From contig NMRA01000345.1 in the NCBI GenBank assembly GCA_002633005.1, forward strand, positions 271,131 through 335,130: a DNA stretch of 64,000 bases, read 5' to 3'. Both the position numbers and the translations under genes were made by a program. Numbering within the stretch: the first letter of the stretch is position 1; each line of letters starts with the position of its first letter. Positions 11,925 to 23,208 of this stretch are shown piece by piece. The stretch comes from Phoronis australis. Taxonomy: Eukaryota > Animalia > Phoronida. The notes beneath the pieces are model-generated. The model made no database searches and was not told the DNA's origin. It saw nothing but the letters and a program-made list of their open reading frames with translations.

Positions 11925-14514
11925 TTGACACGCAAGAATGTGCCATGGACGTGGTCCCACGCACAAGAAAGTGCACTCACGCAAGTGAAGAAACTTGTGT
12001 CAGAGGCACCTGTACTAAGATTTTATGACCCAGCGAAAGAGCTTTCGATCCAGTGCGATACTAGTAAGACTAGACTAATATGGAGCGGCACTGCTTCAAG
12101 AGGGTCAGCCGCTAGCATTTGTGAGCAGAGCATTGAGTGACGTAGAAACGCGCGATGCCCAACTAGAGAAAGAAATGCTTGCGATAACCTGGAGTGTGGA
12201 GAAATTCCACCAGTACACGTTTGGGAGAACGACCCATGTGATCAGCGATCATAAACCACTTGAAAGCATCATGAAGAAAAGCCTTGCCTGCGTGCACCGA
12301 AGCGACTTCAAGGCATGATGATGCGACTTCAAAAGTATGATCTAGTGATAACATACTGCCAAGGGAAGCAAATGTATCTCGCTGATACTTTATCTAGAGC
12401 CTATATGCATGCCTACAACAGAGGGGCACAACAAAAATGAGTTTGAATGTGTGAATGCCACACAGTTCGTCGCAATAACTGATTCGCGACTGGAAGCAAT
12501 CAGAAGAGCACAGAGGCTGATCAAAGTATGACTGTTTTGAAATCAGTCATCCAAGAAGGCTGGCCTGACGAAAAAGTACGAGTATCACCACTGGTGCAAC
12601 CGTATTTCTCTATCACAGATGAGCTAGCTATACATGATGGTATAATTTTTAGAGGTGAACGCATTGTGGTGCCAGCCAGCCAAAGGCGTATACTCAAAGA
12701 AAAGATTCACTCCTCACATCTTGGAATAGATGCCTGAGACGGGCAAGAGAATTTATCTTCTGGCCGAATATGACAGCAGCAGAGATAAGAGAATACATAT
12801 CTGGCTGCGACACATGCAGAAAATTCGAGACGGCAAACCCCCCAGAATCATTGATGAGCCATGATTTACCGGACAGACCATGGGCTAAAGTTGGAACAGA
12901 TTAGTTCACATTCAATGGCAGAGAATATTACAGTAATTTCTGGGAAGTAGATCGACTTTACAGCACGAGCACAACAGCTGTAATTGAGAAGCTCAAAGCA
13001 CACTTCTTGCGACATGGTATTTCAGATACCATCGTGTCTGACAATGGTCCGCAATATTCGTGCCATGATTTTGTAAGATTTTGCAAATCATGGGATATTG
13101 TTCACGCAACTAGCAGTCCTGGCAACAGTAAAGCCAACGGTAAAGCAGAGTCTGCTGTGAAAACTGCCAAGCGTATATTCAGGAAATGCAAAGATTCCGG
13201 TAGTGATGTTTATTTAGCTATGCTAGATCACAGNGCTCATGAGCTGTTCTGTCTCTGAAAATAGTTTCGTGATGATGCCGCGGTGGGCTCCTCGTCTCCT
13301 CCTCTCGCGAATAAGTTTCTGTTGCGCTGTCATAGATTCCATTACGTCGGGTAGGGTTTCGGCACCAGAAAATTGTGTGGAATGAATTGGGAGAGCAAAA
13401 GTGATAACTGGTTCGTGTAAGGTTAAAAGAACAACTGATTTTATTTGCACAGAAACTATAATATAATAATACAGTCATGCAGCCACGTGTAGTAATCACG
13501 TGGTACGAGTAGGAGGAGTTAAACTAACCAATAGTATTAAACATGTAGGTGGGCCCAAATAAGGCACAATTCTCAGAACAGATAAAATCATCAAGAAGTC
13601 ATTCTTGACAGTGAACGCGTTGTGGTGCCAGCCAGCCAAAGGCGTATACTCAAAGAAAAGATTCACTCCTCACATCTTGGAATAGATGGATGCCTGAGAC
13701 GGGCAAGAGAATTTATCTTCTGGCCGAATATGACAGCAGCAGAGATAAGAGAATACATATCTGGCTGCGACACATGCAGAAAATTCGAGACGGCAAACCC
13801 CCCAGAATCATGCCATGATTTACCGGACAGACCATGAGCTAAAGTTGGAACAGATTTGTTCACATTCAATGGCAGAGAATATTACAGTAATTTCTGGGAA
13901 GTAGATCGACTTTACAGCACGAGTGCAACAGCTGTAATTGAGAAGCTCAAAGCACACTTCTTGCGACATAGTATTCCAGATACCATCGTGTCTGACAATG
14001 GTCCGCAATATTCGTGCCATGATTTTGTAAGATTTTGCAAATCATGGGATATTGTTCTCGCAACTAGCAGTCCTGGCAACAGTAAAGCCACGGTAAAGCA
14101 GAGTCTGCCGTGAAAACTGCCAAGCGTATATTCAGGAAATGCAAAGATTCCGGTAGTGATGTTTATTTAGCTATGCTAGATCACAGAAACACACCTACCC
14201 AAGGTTTGTTATCTAGTCCCGCACAACGCTTGATGAGTAGAAGGACCAAAACATTGCTGCCTACAGCCACTTCATTGCTCAAACCCGAAGTAGTTAGTCA
14301 GAAGAACACAGATCGTGACCTGAAGCGTCAACAACACAAACAAGCGCACTATTGTAACAAATCCGCAAAAGAGTTGTCTGTTTTGGAAGAGGGCGATTCT
14401 GTGCGATTGCAACCCTTTGCACTTGGTCAGAAAGAATGGACCAAAGGTACTGTTTTGAAACGGCTTGACGAGCGATCGTACTCTATTGAAACCCCGACAA
14501 GTGTTGTTCGCTGA
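11925..14514 (+). pseudogene. Gypsy RNase H and integrase, frameshifted and partly duplicated
   Basis: LRFYDP, CDTSK, EKEMLA, SDHKPL, HSSHLG..C..C, VSDNGPQY, NGKAESAVK, RNTP and SPAQRLMSRR. Confidence 0.9.
13235..13610 (-). mobile_element. BEL/Pao retrotransposon 5' end (LTR, tRNA-Phe PBS, gag start) nested in the Gypsy integrase
   Basis: Minus-strand TG..CA LTR at 13610-13374 with AATAAA. PBS TGGTGCCGAAACCC. ORF start MESMTAQQKLIRERRRRGAHRGIITKL. Cut by the N at 13234. Confidence 0.75.
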
Positions 14515-15093
14515 AATCGCCAACACATAAAGCCGGTAAAAGAAGTCACACAGGCCGAGCCTGCAGACTACAAACCGGAACACATGGTTGATGAAAAATC
14601 TGTCAAAGAAAGCTCGGACCCACACACCATCAAAAGTGAAGTAAGACCTAACCAGCCTGTGACAACCAGATCTGGGGGAGAGTGATTAAACCACCTGTGA
14701 GATACACACAGTGAGGAAATTGGTCAGAATAATACCAATCACTGTTTGTTCTTGTCACTCTGATAGTCCACCCAGAGTTGACTGGATGACCCATAGAAGT
14801 TATTTACTACAGAACTGTTTACTAGGATGATCCACTAGCAGCTTGTGTTTGTTTTCCAGAACACTGACGCTATCCCTTAACTGAACTAAGCAGATTGTTT
14901 ACACTAATTTGTTACTATGCTGGAATTTGTGTCCTGTGATAAACTGAAGACATCTGTTTTCTATTAACTTAACTGGACACCACTGTGTTTGAAAGAGGTT
15001 TTCATACATATATGACCTTTTATCTCACCTACACATGTTGTTTCACTGTAAACTAGCTTGGTATTGCTTCGCAGTTAGCACATATAAAATAAT

Positions 15094-16179
15094 TTATAAC
15101 CGAAGATACACTAGCATGTACGCTTGGCTTTTCTGTACCTCCTCAAAAGAACTTGTGGCGATGTTGTCATCGTTACAGTGAAGCCATGTTTCAGCCTCTG
15201 TGTTCCAGCAATAAGTTGTAAAATGTCCAGAGTCACAGGATTCACCATGATGGACAATTACTGCTAGAAGGGTGTAGGGCAAGTTAGAACTTGTGAAATT
15301 GGAAACAAAGCACTGCGGTTGTAGATTCATGTTCTTATCAAAGCCTACATGTGTTTGGATTTTCCTAATACCATTTTCAGTTTCCTGCTTTCTCTGCACC
15401 TGAATGGTGAATATTTTTGGAGAGGTTGAAAGTTTGGTCTCTATTGTATGTTGCTGCTCTGTTTGGCATTTGCCGCATGATGAGGTGGTATTTTTCGGTC
15501 TGGTGAATTCATTCATCATGTCGGGGATGGTATTTTGGATACCAGAACCAACATGTGGGAATAATGTCATCGTGATGAAAGACTGTAGAACCTCTGAACA
15601 AGTGCTGCAGCGGAGACATGTCATCTGTGTTAGCAACTGTCCTTCAAATGGGCTTGTGATGGTGGGATCTTTCTGTTTTATACTCATCAGTAAATGGTTC
15701 CAGAATTGATTACAGTCTTGCTGGGTTCCATTGCTGTACTGTGGGAAGTCTTGAATGGCATTAAGCAGGTTTTGGGTAGAATGCTTGCTCTTGAAGAATT
15801 CATTTAGCTGTTTCAGTATGTGTGTTGTCTTTCTTTTACAGATTTCATCTTTGAACCCTGGTAGATGCAGAAGAACCTGCAATACTGAATTGGCATAGCA
15901 CAAGTTTCCAGGGTTGTACAGTGGCATGGTTAGTGGAACGGACTTGACATCTTCTATTTCTTCTGGCTCTGTCACTTTCTGGAATGATCTGCTCATTCCA
16001 GTGAGCCATTTGCATTCATTTCTGGGACGGCCGGGATAAATTACTTTATCCCAAGTCTTGTACGGTATTTTTCTTAGGTCCTTCGGTATGTCATCTGCAA
16101 GAAAATACGTTTTCCAGCCATGATTTTTGCATTCCGAGATCAAACTTTCAAACATTACACTTGTTGTAGCCCTAACCAT
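15094..16179 (-). CDS. Ubiquitin-specific protease (peptidase C19/UCH), uninterrupted 361-aa ORF
   Basis: Cys box LYNPGNLCYANSVLQ, QQDCNQF, CxxC pairs CLRC and CGKC, His box VIVHHGESCDSGHFT, WLHCNDD and terminal AYMLVY. Confidence 0.88.
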   Translation of the reverse strand: MVRATTSVMFESLISECKNHGWKTYFLADDIPKDLRKIPYKTWDKVIYPGRPRNECKWLTGMSRSFQKVTEPEEIEDVKSVPLTMPLYNPGNLCYANSVLQVLLHLPGFKDEICKRKTTHILKQLNEFFKSKHSTQNLLNAIQDFPQYSNGTQQDCNQFWNHLLMSIKQKDPTITSPFEGQLLTQMTCLRCSTCSEVLQSFITMTLFPHVGSGIQNTIPDMMNEFTRPKNTTSSCGKCQTEQQHTIETKLSTSPKIFTIQVQRKQETENGIRKIQTHVGFDKNMNLQPQCFVSNFTSSNLPYTLLAVIVHHGESCDSGHFTTYCWNTEAETWLHCNDDNIATSSFEEVQKSQAYMLVYLRL

Positions 16180-16189
16180 ATGTTCTTAA

Positions 16190-18054
16190 GGTAGGTGGAT
16201 ACACAAAAAAATAATTTTGACTGTTTTTTACATTTTTATGTCATCCTAATCTTTAAATCTTGATGCACAGTATACTGAAGAAAAATAAAATCATTCTGAA
16301 AATCCAAAGTTGTTTTTTAGCTATATTTGACCAAGCCTCAGTAAGTCATATGGCTTGAGTGCTCACCAGCTCAGTGACTGACAACTGGGGCGGAGCTTAT
16401 ACAAGGACACTAGCTCTACTCTAGTCCTGTCAACAAACATTGCGTAACCGGGCAGTCTAGAGTGCTGTACCAGCTGATATTGATGTTGTAGCAAGACCAA
16501 GAATAAAATAATTCTGTTATTGACCATGTGAAAGCTGGTAGTGAAATGGTGAACTAGCTCCTGTTCCAAGCCTGAGCCTGATTGTCTATCTTCAAAAAAA
16601 TTAAGTTGAGTATGCCAAGTCCTACCGAAGCCATCAATGCACTCAGCTTGAGGAGTCAGTGCAGAAATTGTGCATGTCGGTAAGGTGCGGTGTCTTGCGA
16701 GAGGACGCTGAGCGTCGACGTGGGTGGTGTTGCACAATTCGGTGAGAGTGCATGCACGCGCTGTGAAGACACGCCGCTCGCGCAACACATGGACAACTAC
16801 ATGTCGTCAGAATAGTCTTGGCAGATAAACCGTGCTTCTGTGCTGGGAACGCGCCGTGGAGAAACTAGGCTGTCAAACCTAGGGGATTTTTTAACTTGCC
16901 AATGGCCGTAACCCAAAGAATTATGAGAAATGACCCAGTTTTCAACATATCAAAAATTTTTCTAGTGCATAGATTCAAACGTATCCCTGAATTAAAACTC
17001 ATGATATACGATTTTAGAGGAAAGCAATATAAGAAACTTTGGTAACTTGAGAATCTCACCCAAGCGACGCTATTTGCGCAGAAAATGATATTTTCTTATC
17101 CCAAAGTCCATTGGGTACAGGCACATAAAAATGTTGAACCATTACTATGAAAGTAGTTCTTTATCCTGACGTCACCAATATTGTTATGTAGACTGTAATC
17201 CGGCAATTTGATATAACACATATATTGGTTGATGCTAATATTGGAATACTAACAAGTAGGTCTGTGTAATATAGTTAGAGAGTCTTTTACTACACCGAGT
17301 GGAGAGTTCAGATGAATCGTATAAACAATCAACACATGGTTTTAATGTGTGGTCGGCACACCAGTACAGCAGACAATAGATCAACGCTAAGCTCCGCCCA
17401 CGTGACAGCCATATTTGTTTTGGTCACATTTTCTAAACATGAAGTAAATATCAGCTTTATCTCTAGTATTGGAACATAATTTTCACGCATTCTAAACGAA
17501 ATTTGATCTCAAGTGGCAATCGATGACCGCTTTACTTCAAAGCCGTTTTTCTCGGCTCGTGATTTCAGGGTAGTGACAAGATTCTCGGGCCTATTTTTCC
17601 GCAACACGTGGGTCAATTTTTACGAAATTTTCAAATTTGAAATACTCTAGGACTGAAGTAAAATTGAGTGCCAGGGTTTTTTGATACATGGACCAGATTT
17701 TTAGTTATTAGACGGAAAGTGACCAAATGACAAAAAGTGGCGTGCTTGCCCCAACTCACACGCAAAAAATGCCGCAAAATCAAGATCGTAATGATTTTGT
17801 ACATATATTTGGTATTTACATGTAGAACATTGCGTAAGGAAACAGTTGATGATAATCCCTGTGCATTTTGAAAAAAAATCGAGGTAAAATTGGATTTTTT
17901 GAAAATTAACAAAATACGATTTTTTAAAAAAACGAACTACAGAAAAACTTTTTTTGATTTTTGTCGCTTTCAGGGTCATGTCTAACTAGTTAAAACTCCC
18001 TTTTCAGTCATTTTAGTTAGGAACTTGGAGATTTGACCAGTGTATACACCTACC
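16190..18054. mobile_element. Kolobok-like non-autonomous DNA transposon
   Basis: TTAA TSDs at 16186-16189 and 18055-18058. 15-bp TIRs GGTAGGTGGATACAC and GTGTATACACCTACC with one mismatch. Confidence 0.85.
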
Positions 18055-18070
18055 TTAAAACACCCATTAA

Positions 18071-19683
18071 CAGGGCTCGACATAACGAGCTGCAAGTCGC
18101 ATTTGCCACCTGAAATTTGGAAATGCGAGCTGAGATTTTTGTCAGCTCGTATAAAGTCGCAAAATGCGACCTGGAATTTCCAACGAATGCGAGCTTTTAC
18201 ACTTCTCAACAGATACCCGGCAAATACGAATCAGGTCTTGTTAATCCGACTGTTATTTGGTTGTTGCCAAATAGAAGTTCAAAAGAACACTAACCGAGAA
18301 CTGCCCTCCCGATGACTTGTAAGCATGTCGCGTGAACATGGGATATACAGAATCGATCTTTGACGCGTTTCATTGGCTAACACTTTCGGCCACTTTTGTA
18401 AATTCCCGGATTCGCGGAAGAAAGTTTCGGGCCACTGCTTAACACGTGATAAAACTTCACAAAACAACGGTGTTTCTATTAATTCTTAAGCGATCAACTT
18501 ACCAAACATTGTGGTGGACAAAAATGTTTATTTTTCACATAAAATGTCCTTATTACATGTACCAAATATCCACGACAATATCCCTGATATCGCACTGCGG
18601 CACCGTTAGCGCGCAAGCGGTCCCGGCAGACAATCGTGACTTAGACTGAGATGTGCTTCTCCTTTTTATCGTATTAAGACAGCCAAAGTGAAAATTACAA
18701 CCTTATTAATCGCCAAACGACGGTCACGTCTTTACTTTCAGTTGCCAAGAAATTCTCAAACCCTTTACTTGTTTCTGGGGCTACGTGCGCGAAATATGAT
18801 TTGTCTTTCACACGTTGTTGCCAACGTAAAGTGTAGGCCTACTCCAGCGATTCAAGTNNNNNNNNNNNNNNNNNNNNNNNNNNNNNNNNNNNNNNNNNNN
18901 NNNNNNNNNNNNNNNNNNNNNNNNNNNNNNNNNNNNNNNNNNNNNNNNNNNNNNNNNNNNNNNNNNNNNNNNNNNNNNNNNNNNNNNNNNNNNNNNNNNN
19001 NNNNNNNNNNNNNNNNNNNNNNNNNNNNNNNNNNNNNNNNNNNNNNNNNNNNNNNNNNNNNNNNNNNNNNNNNNNNNNNNNNNNNNNNNNNNNNNNNNNN
19101 NNNNNNNNNNNNNNNNNNNNNNNNNNNNNNNNNNNNNNNNNNNNNNNNNNNNNNNNNNNNNNNNNNNNNNNNNNNNNNNNNNNNNNNNNNNNNNNNNNNN
19201 NNNNNNNNNNNNNNNNNNNNNNNNNNNNNNNNNNNNNNNNNNNNNNNNNNNNNNNNNNNNNNNNNNNNNNNNNNNNNNNNNNNNNNNNNNNNNNNNNNNN
19301 NNNNNNNNNNNNNNNNNNNNNNNNNNNNNNNNNNNNNNNNNNNNNNNNNNNNNNNNNNNNNNNNNNNNNNNNNNNNNNNNNNNNNNNNNNNNNNNNNNNN
19401 NNNNNNNNNNNNNNNNNNNNNNNNNNNNNNNNNNNNNNNNNNNNNACCTGCATGAATGAAGTCAATTTTGAGATCCGAAATTTGTGAGTATTTAACGCTG
19501 CAGATAAGAGCATAATCTAAACATTTTCTAGATGATCTAAAAAATCTATTTTGGCGCGTAAAAATGGCGGGAAAATTTTGCGACCTGGCATTTACGAATG
19601 CGAGCTGGATTTTGAAAATGCGACCTGGGATTTTGGCTAGGTCGCAAAATGCGACCTGGCGATTTGAATAGCGTCGAGCCCTG
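18071..19683 (+). mobile_element. hAT5-like non-autonomous DNA transposon, both ends present (copy 2), spans a gap
   Basis: TIRs CAGGGCTCGAC and GTCGAGCCCTG, ATTAA 5-bp TSD, and repeated subterminal TGCGACCTG/TGCGAGCTG motifs. Confidence 0.85.
18858..19445. other. Assembly gap
   Basis: Run of N. Confidence 1.
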
Positions 19684-19688
19684 ATTAA

Positions 19689-21135
19689 TGTGTGGGGAGA
19701 AAAGCTAGTTTGAAGCAAAGAAACTTTGCAATTTTCATTCCAATAGAAATAATGTAATACCATAGCACAAGCTTCCTGGTGAGGTCATTCACCAGAAATT
19801 AGCACAATTCTTTGCCCTTCATAGTATGCAAGTTGATTGTTCCACAATAATACCAACAGTTGTGAATGACCTCTTGACCCGAGAAAGTAGTTCCCTGAAA
19901 GTCTAGTTATCTTCTGCTGAGCTGGAAAGTAGGTTACACACAGTGCATTAGATTCGGAGTAATAGACGGCCAATAAAGTATGAACAAAACTGGCTGAATT
20001 TCTTCATAGTTTGCTGCAATATGTTTTTGAACTACTTACCATCAGAGTCGTCTGCAATATTGGTCTCATTTTCACCTGAAGCTTCTGAAAGAAATAAAAA
20101 TAATTCTGTTCTATTCTGTGTGCCTGCCACATCTTGTAAGTTAAAGTGCTTTTTAACATTATTGGGTGCTTATTTGGAAGTATAGTCCCATTGTCGTCGT
20201 CATCGTTTTACCAGTCCTACTCTTGACAAATAACAATTTTACTTAGTATAATGTGTTCAATATTTGAAAACTGTATGCCAGATGTGTAAAATTGTGACTT
20301 TTCTAGTTAAGCAGTTGGAAACGGTCAATGCACGATAGCCCGAGTGTGTAGACAGTGGTACAAAAGGCACAGACAAAAATATAAGGCTATGGAGATTCTT
20401 TTCAAATGATGACACACGTATCAGATGGTGATTGGAGCTCCTTCAATGCACAGATCTCTGGAACTCTTTTATACTTAATGTTACTAAACAAGCTATGATT
20501 GTCAAAGTTTTTGTGTTCATATGAATTAAAATGTAGACATTAAACTTGTTAAATCTTAAATTTTTTGGAAACATCTTGAGTTCGTCTGTACGTAATATAA
20601 TAATTCAGTGACAGTTGTCTCGGACCTATTAAGAACATGAATAGCATACAAAGATTTTGGAAGGTGGACTCCTAAACATCTTCAAATATCATTTACTTAA
20701 TTAAATCAGTTTTTGGCCATAGTAAGATTAAAAAATGGACGATCGCCGCACAGATATAAAAGTTCATGTTAAATCAAAGTTTCGTCTATTTAATGCCATA
20801 TTGTGGTCTGTTTTGAGGAGCATTTGAAGTAAAGAAAATGTGAAACATTCAATATCAGTTAACTTACCTTCTCCAGCTTGGTCATATTCTGCTGGTGTGT
20901 CAGCATATGGCCATCTTATATGTGCATTGAGGTATAATGTTCTGAGACGTTCTTGTTCATCATGAGGCCTTTCATCTTGACCAGGGAATGGCTGGGGACC
21001 AAGATCTAAAACCATTCGGTAAGTTCTCACTCAAAGTGTAATGAAGGGCTTTGGTTATACAAAGTTTTATCTGTTAGCCTAATCTTTGTAAACTGTATAC
21101 CAGGGGTGTAAAAATGTTACAGTCTTATATAACAT
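19689..21135 (-). pseudogene. Decayed exons upstream of the USP ORF (21135-20868, 20084-20040, 19921 onward)
   Basis: Canonical acceptors and GTAAGT donors with compatible phase-1 junctions read ..YDQAGE|EASGENETNIADDSD|AQQKITRL.. . In-frame stops are present. Confidence 0.45.
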
Positions 21136-22423
21136 CTGTAAAAATGAAAGATGCAGTCATAGAAAACACAGTAACTGCAGTAATAGCAGGTTCTGTCCTA
21201 TGATTCATTTCAGAGAAATTAAGTAAGAGTGTTATAGGTGATCGTGACTTTTTGGACACTCTGATTTTTTGTGATTGTATGTAGTTGTTCTAAAATAAGA
21301 CTTTTCAAGTTATATAGTTAAAAATATGATTTCCTACTGGATCCTATAAGATGTTGGACCAAAATTTAATTGGATTTCCTATACAATCGTATAGGATTTC
21401 TATGGAAAACCTTAAGTTATGCAGGCACTTGCATGACAATGTCAAAACCCAAAATTTTTGGGTACTTGTATAATGCCTAGGGTTTCCTATGAGACAACTC
21501 GTTTGCCATGTAAAAATCACGTTACGTTTAAGTTGGCAGCAACAGTGAATCCCATTATGCTTTTATGTTATTATTTTGAAAAGAAATGAGAAAGGTATAT
21601 AAAGGCTACAAGACATTGCATCCATCAAATTAGATGTATGGGATACTCTTGGCTTTAAACAGTCCTGGGAACAGGAAGAATTACTAAGCACCTTCTTTGA
21701 GAAAGTTGGGTAGCATCCTGTCATCCTGTTCCAAATGATCATTAGTTTCAAATATCTTTCAAACAGTTTTCATCATTATTTTGTTATGTCAGTCTTTCTT
21801 TCCATGTTGCTGTCTTTTGATTTTATGTTAAACTTTGAATGCCAAAACTGGTAAATTTTGATTGTTAATGAAACTGCAGTCTGGAAAGTTCAGGGATGGG
21901 TTCACAATTATCTAAACTAATTAAGTGACCAAAACCTCCCACTGTTTTGGTACTTCATGTTTAAAAAATAAATAAAATAAAAGATACTTGACTCACTTTT
22001 ATCAGCGATTTCAATATTTTATTACCCATTGGGGCTGTAGGGGAAATAAATATGGTAATTACGCCTGGTCTGGAAGGAGAACTTCAGGACATCAGAGGTT
22101 TGTGGTTTTCACAGGAATTTCAACCAACCCGGAAATGAGGAGAGGTTTTTCAGGTCAAGACCAGAACGCAATATGCAAAGAAAACCAATTTGTGTGTAAT
22201 AACTACCAGACAGTAGTGCTTTCCATGTCTTTAGCTCAGATCTGCATCAATACCAAGGCCATCATAAAAGTTGCCTGGGGCTAAAGGAATCTGAGTGGTT
22301 GCCATTGTAAGCAAGAAATTCTCTATTTGCATCTGAATTTATGAAAGTAGCGAACTAGTTTACCAAACAAGTATTGGGTTGGTTAAACGCATGACACTTT
22401 TCATTGATCACAGTCTTTCGAAA

Positions 22424-22586
22424 TAACGTGTGTCTTTTAATTATGTCGCTAGGTCAGTTACTTTGTCTATGTTTCGAAGTATCGTGTGTCTTTTAATTAT
22501 GTCGCTAGGTCAGTTACTTTATCTATGTTTTCGAAATATCGTGTGTCTCTTAATTACGTCGCTAGGTCAGTTACTTTATCTATGTT
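22424..22586. repeat. Minisatellite, ~55-58-bp unit x3
   Basis: The unit CGTGTGTCTTTTAATTATGTCGCTAGGTCAGTTACTTT.TCTATGTTT is repeated. Confidence 0.9.
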
Positions 22587-23208
22587 TGGTTGAGAGTAGA
22601 GTTTTGTTGTGGAAGTACAAACAACGGAATAAAGACTGTGAACAATGAAAAAGCGTGTTGCATTTAACCAATTCTGTATAACCGAAAAGTTGCTCCCGAA
22701 GTTTACAGCAAACAAGTATTAGAGATATTGGTTAAACAAGGAGTGCATTGCTATGTTTTTGATGATCTCGAGTCAAATTTCCATATGATTTGTTTCATCT
22801 GAAAGACATTTGTGCACTCAGCTCCGTTTTTGATGGCCAGTTTTGCCATGTCTATTAGTTTTATTATTTTTGAACAATTTACCATCTGAGTTGGAGATCA
22901 TATCCATGTCTTCTTCCGAGATCATATCAATATCTTCTTCTGCAACTTTCTTCTTGTTTTCACCCGAATCTCCTGAAGTAAATGCAAATAACTCATTGTC
23001 GTCATCATCATTTTACCAATTGTACTTTTGACAAGAAAATCTCTGGATGATCTATGAACATCTCAGGATTTCACATATCGATAAGTTGATGCTTTGAGTT
23101 ACTTTCAAATTTCCGTATTACATGTTTCTTCTGAAAGATATTTGTGTACTCAACTATATCTTCGGTTGCCAGTTTTGGAATGTATTATAAATCGATGAAA
23201 CTCAAATA

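Larger units (their letters stand above)
9526..15008 (+). mobile_element. Ty3/Gypsy LTR retrotransposon (Mag-like), decayed and composite in this assembly
   Basis: 5' LTR, PBS, gag, then PR-RT-RNaseH-INT order with frameshifts. Only 25 bp of the 3' LTR remain, at 14984-15008. Confidence 0.93.

Noticed and set aside
10920-15709. Antisense ORFs over Gypsy pol and the USP
   Set aside because: They are shadow ORFs of real coding sequence on the opposite strand.
18688-19763. Long ORFs of 224-303 aa
   Set aside because: They are artefacts of translating through the N gap.
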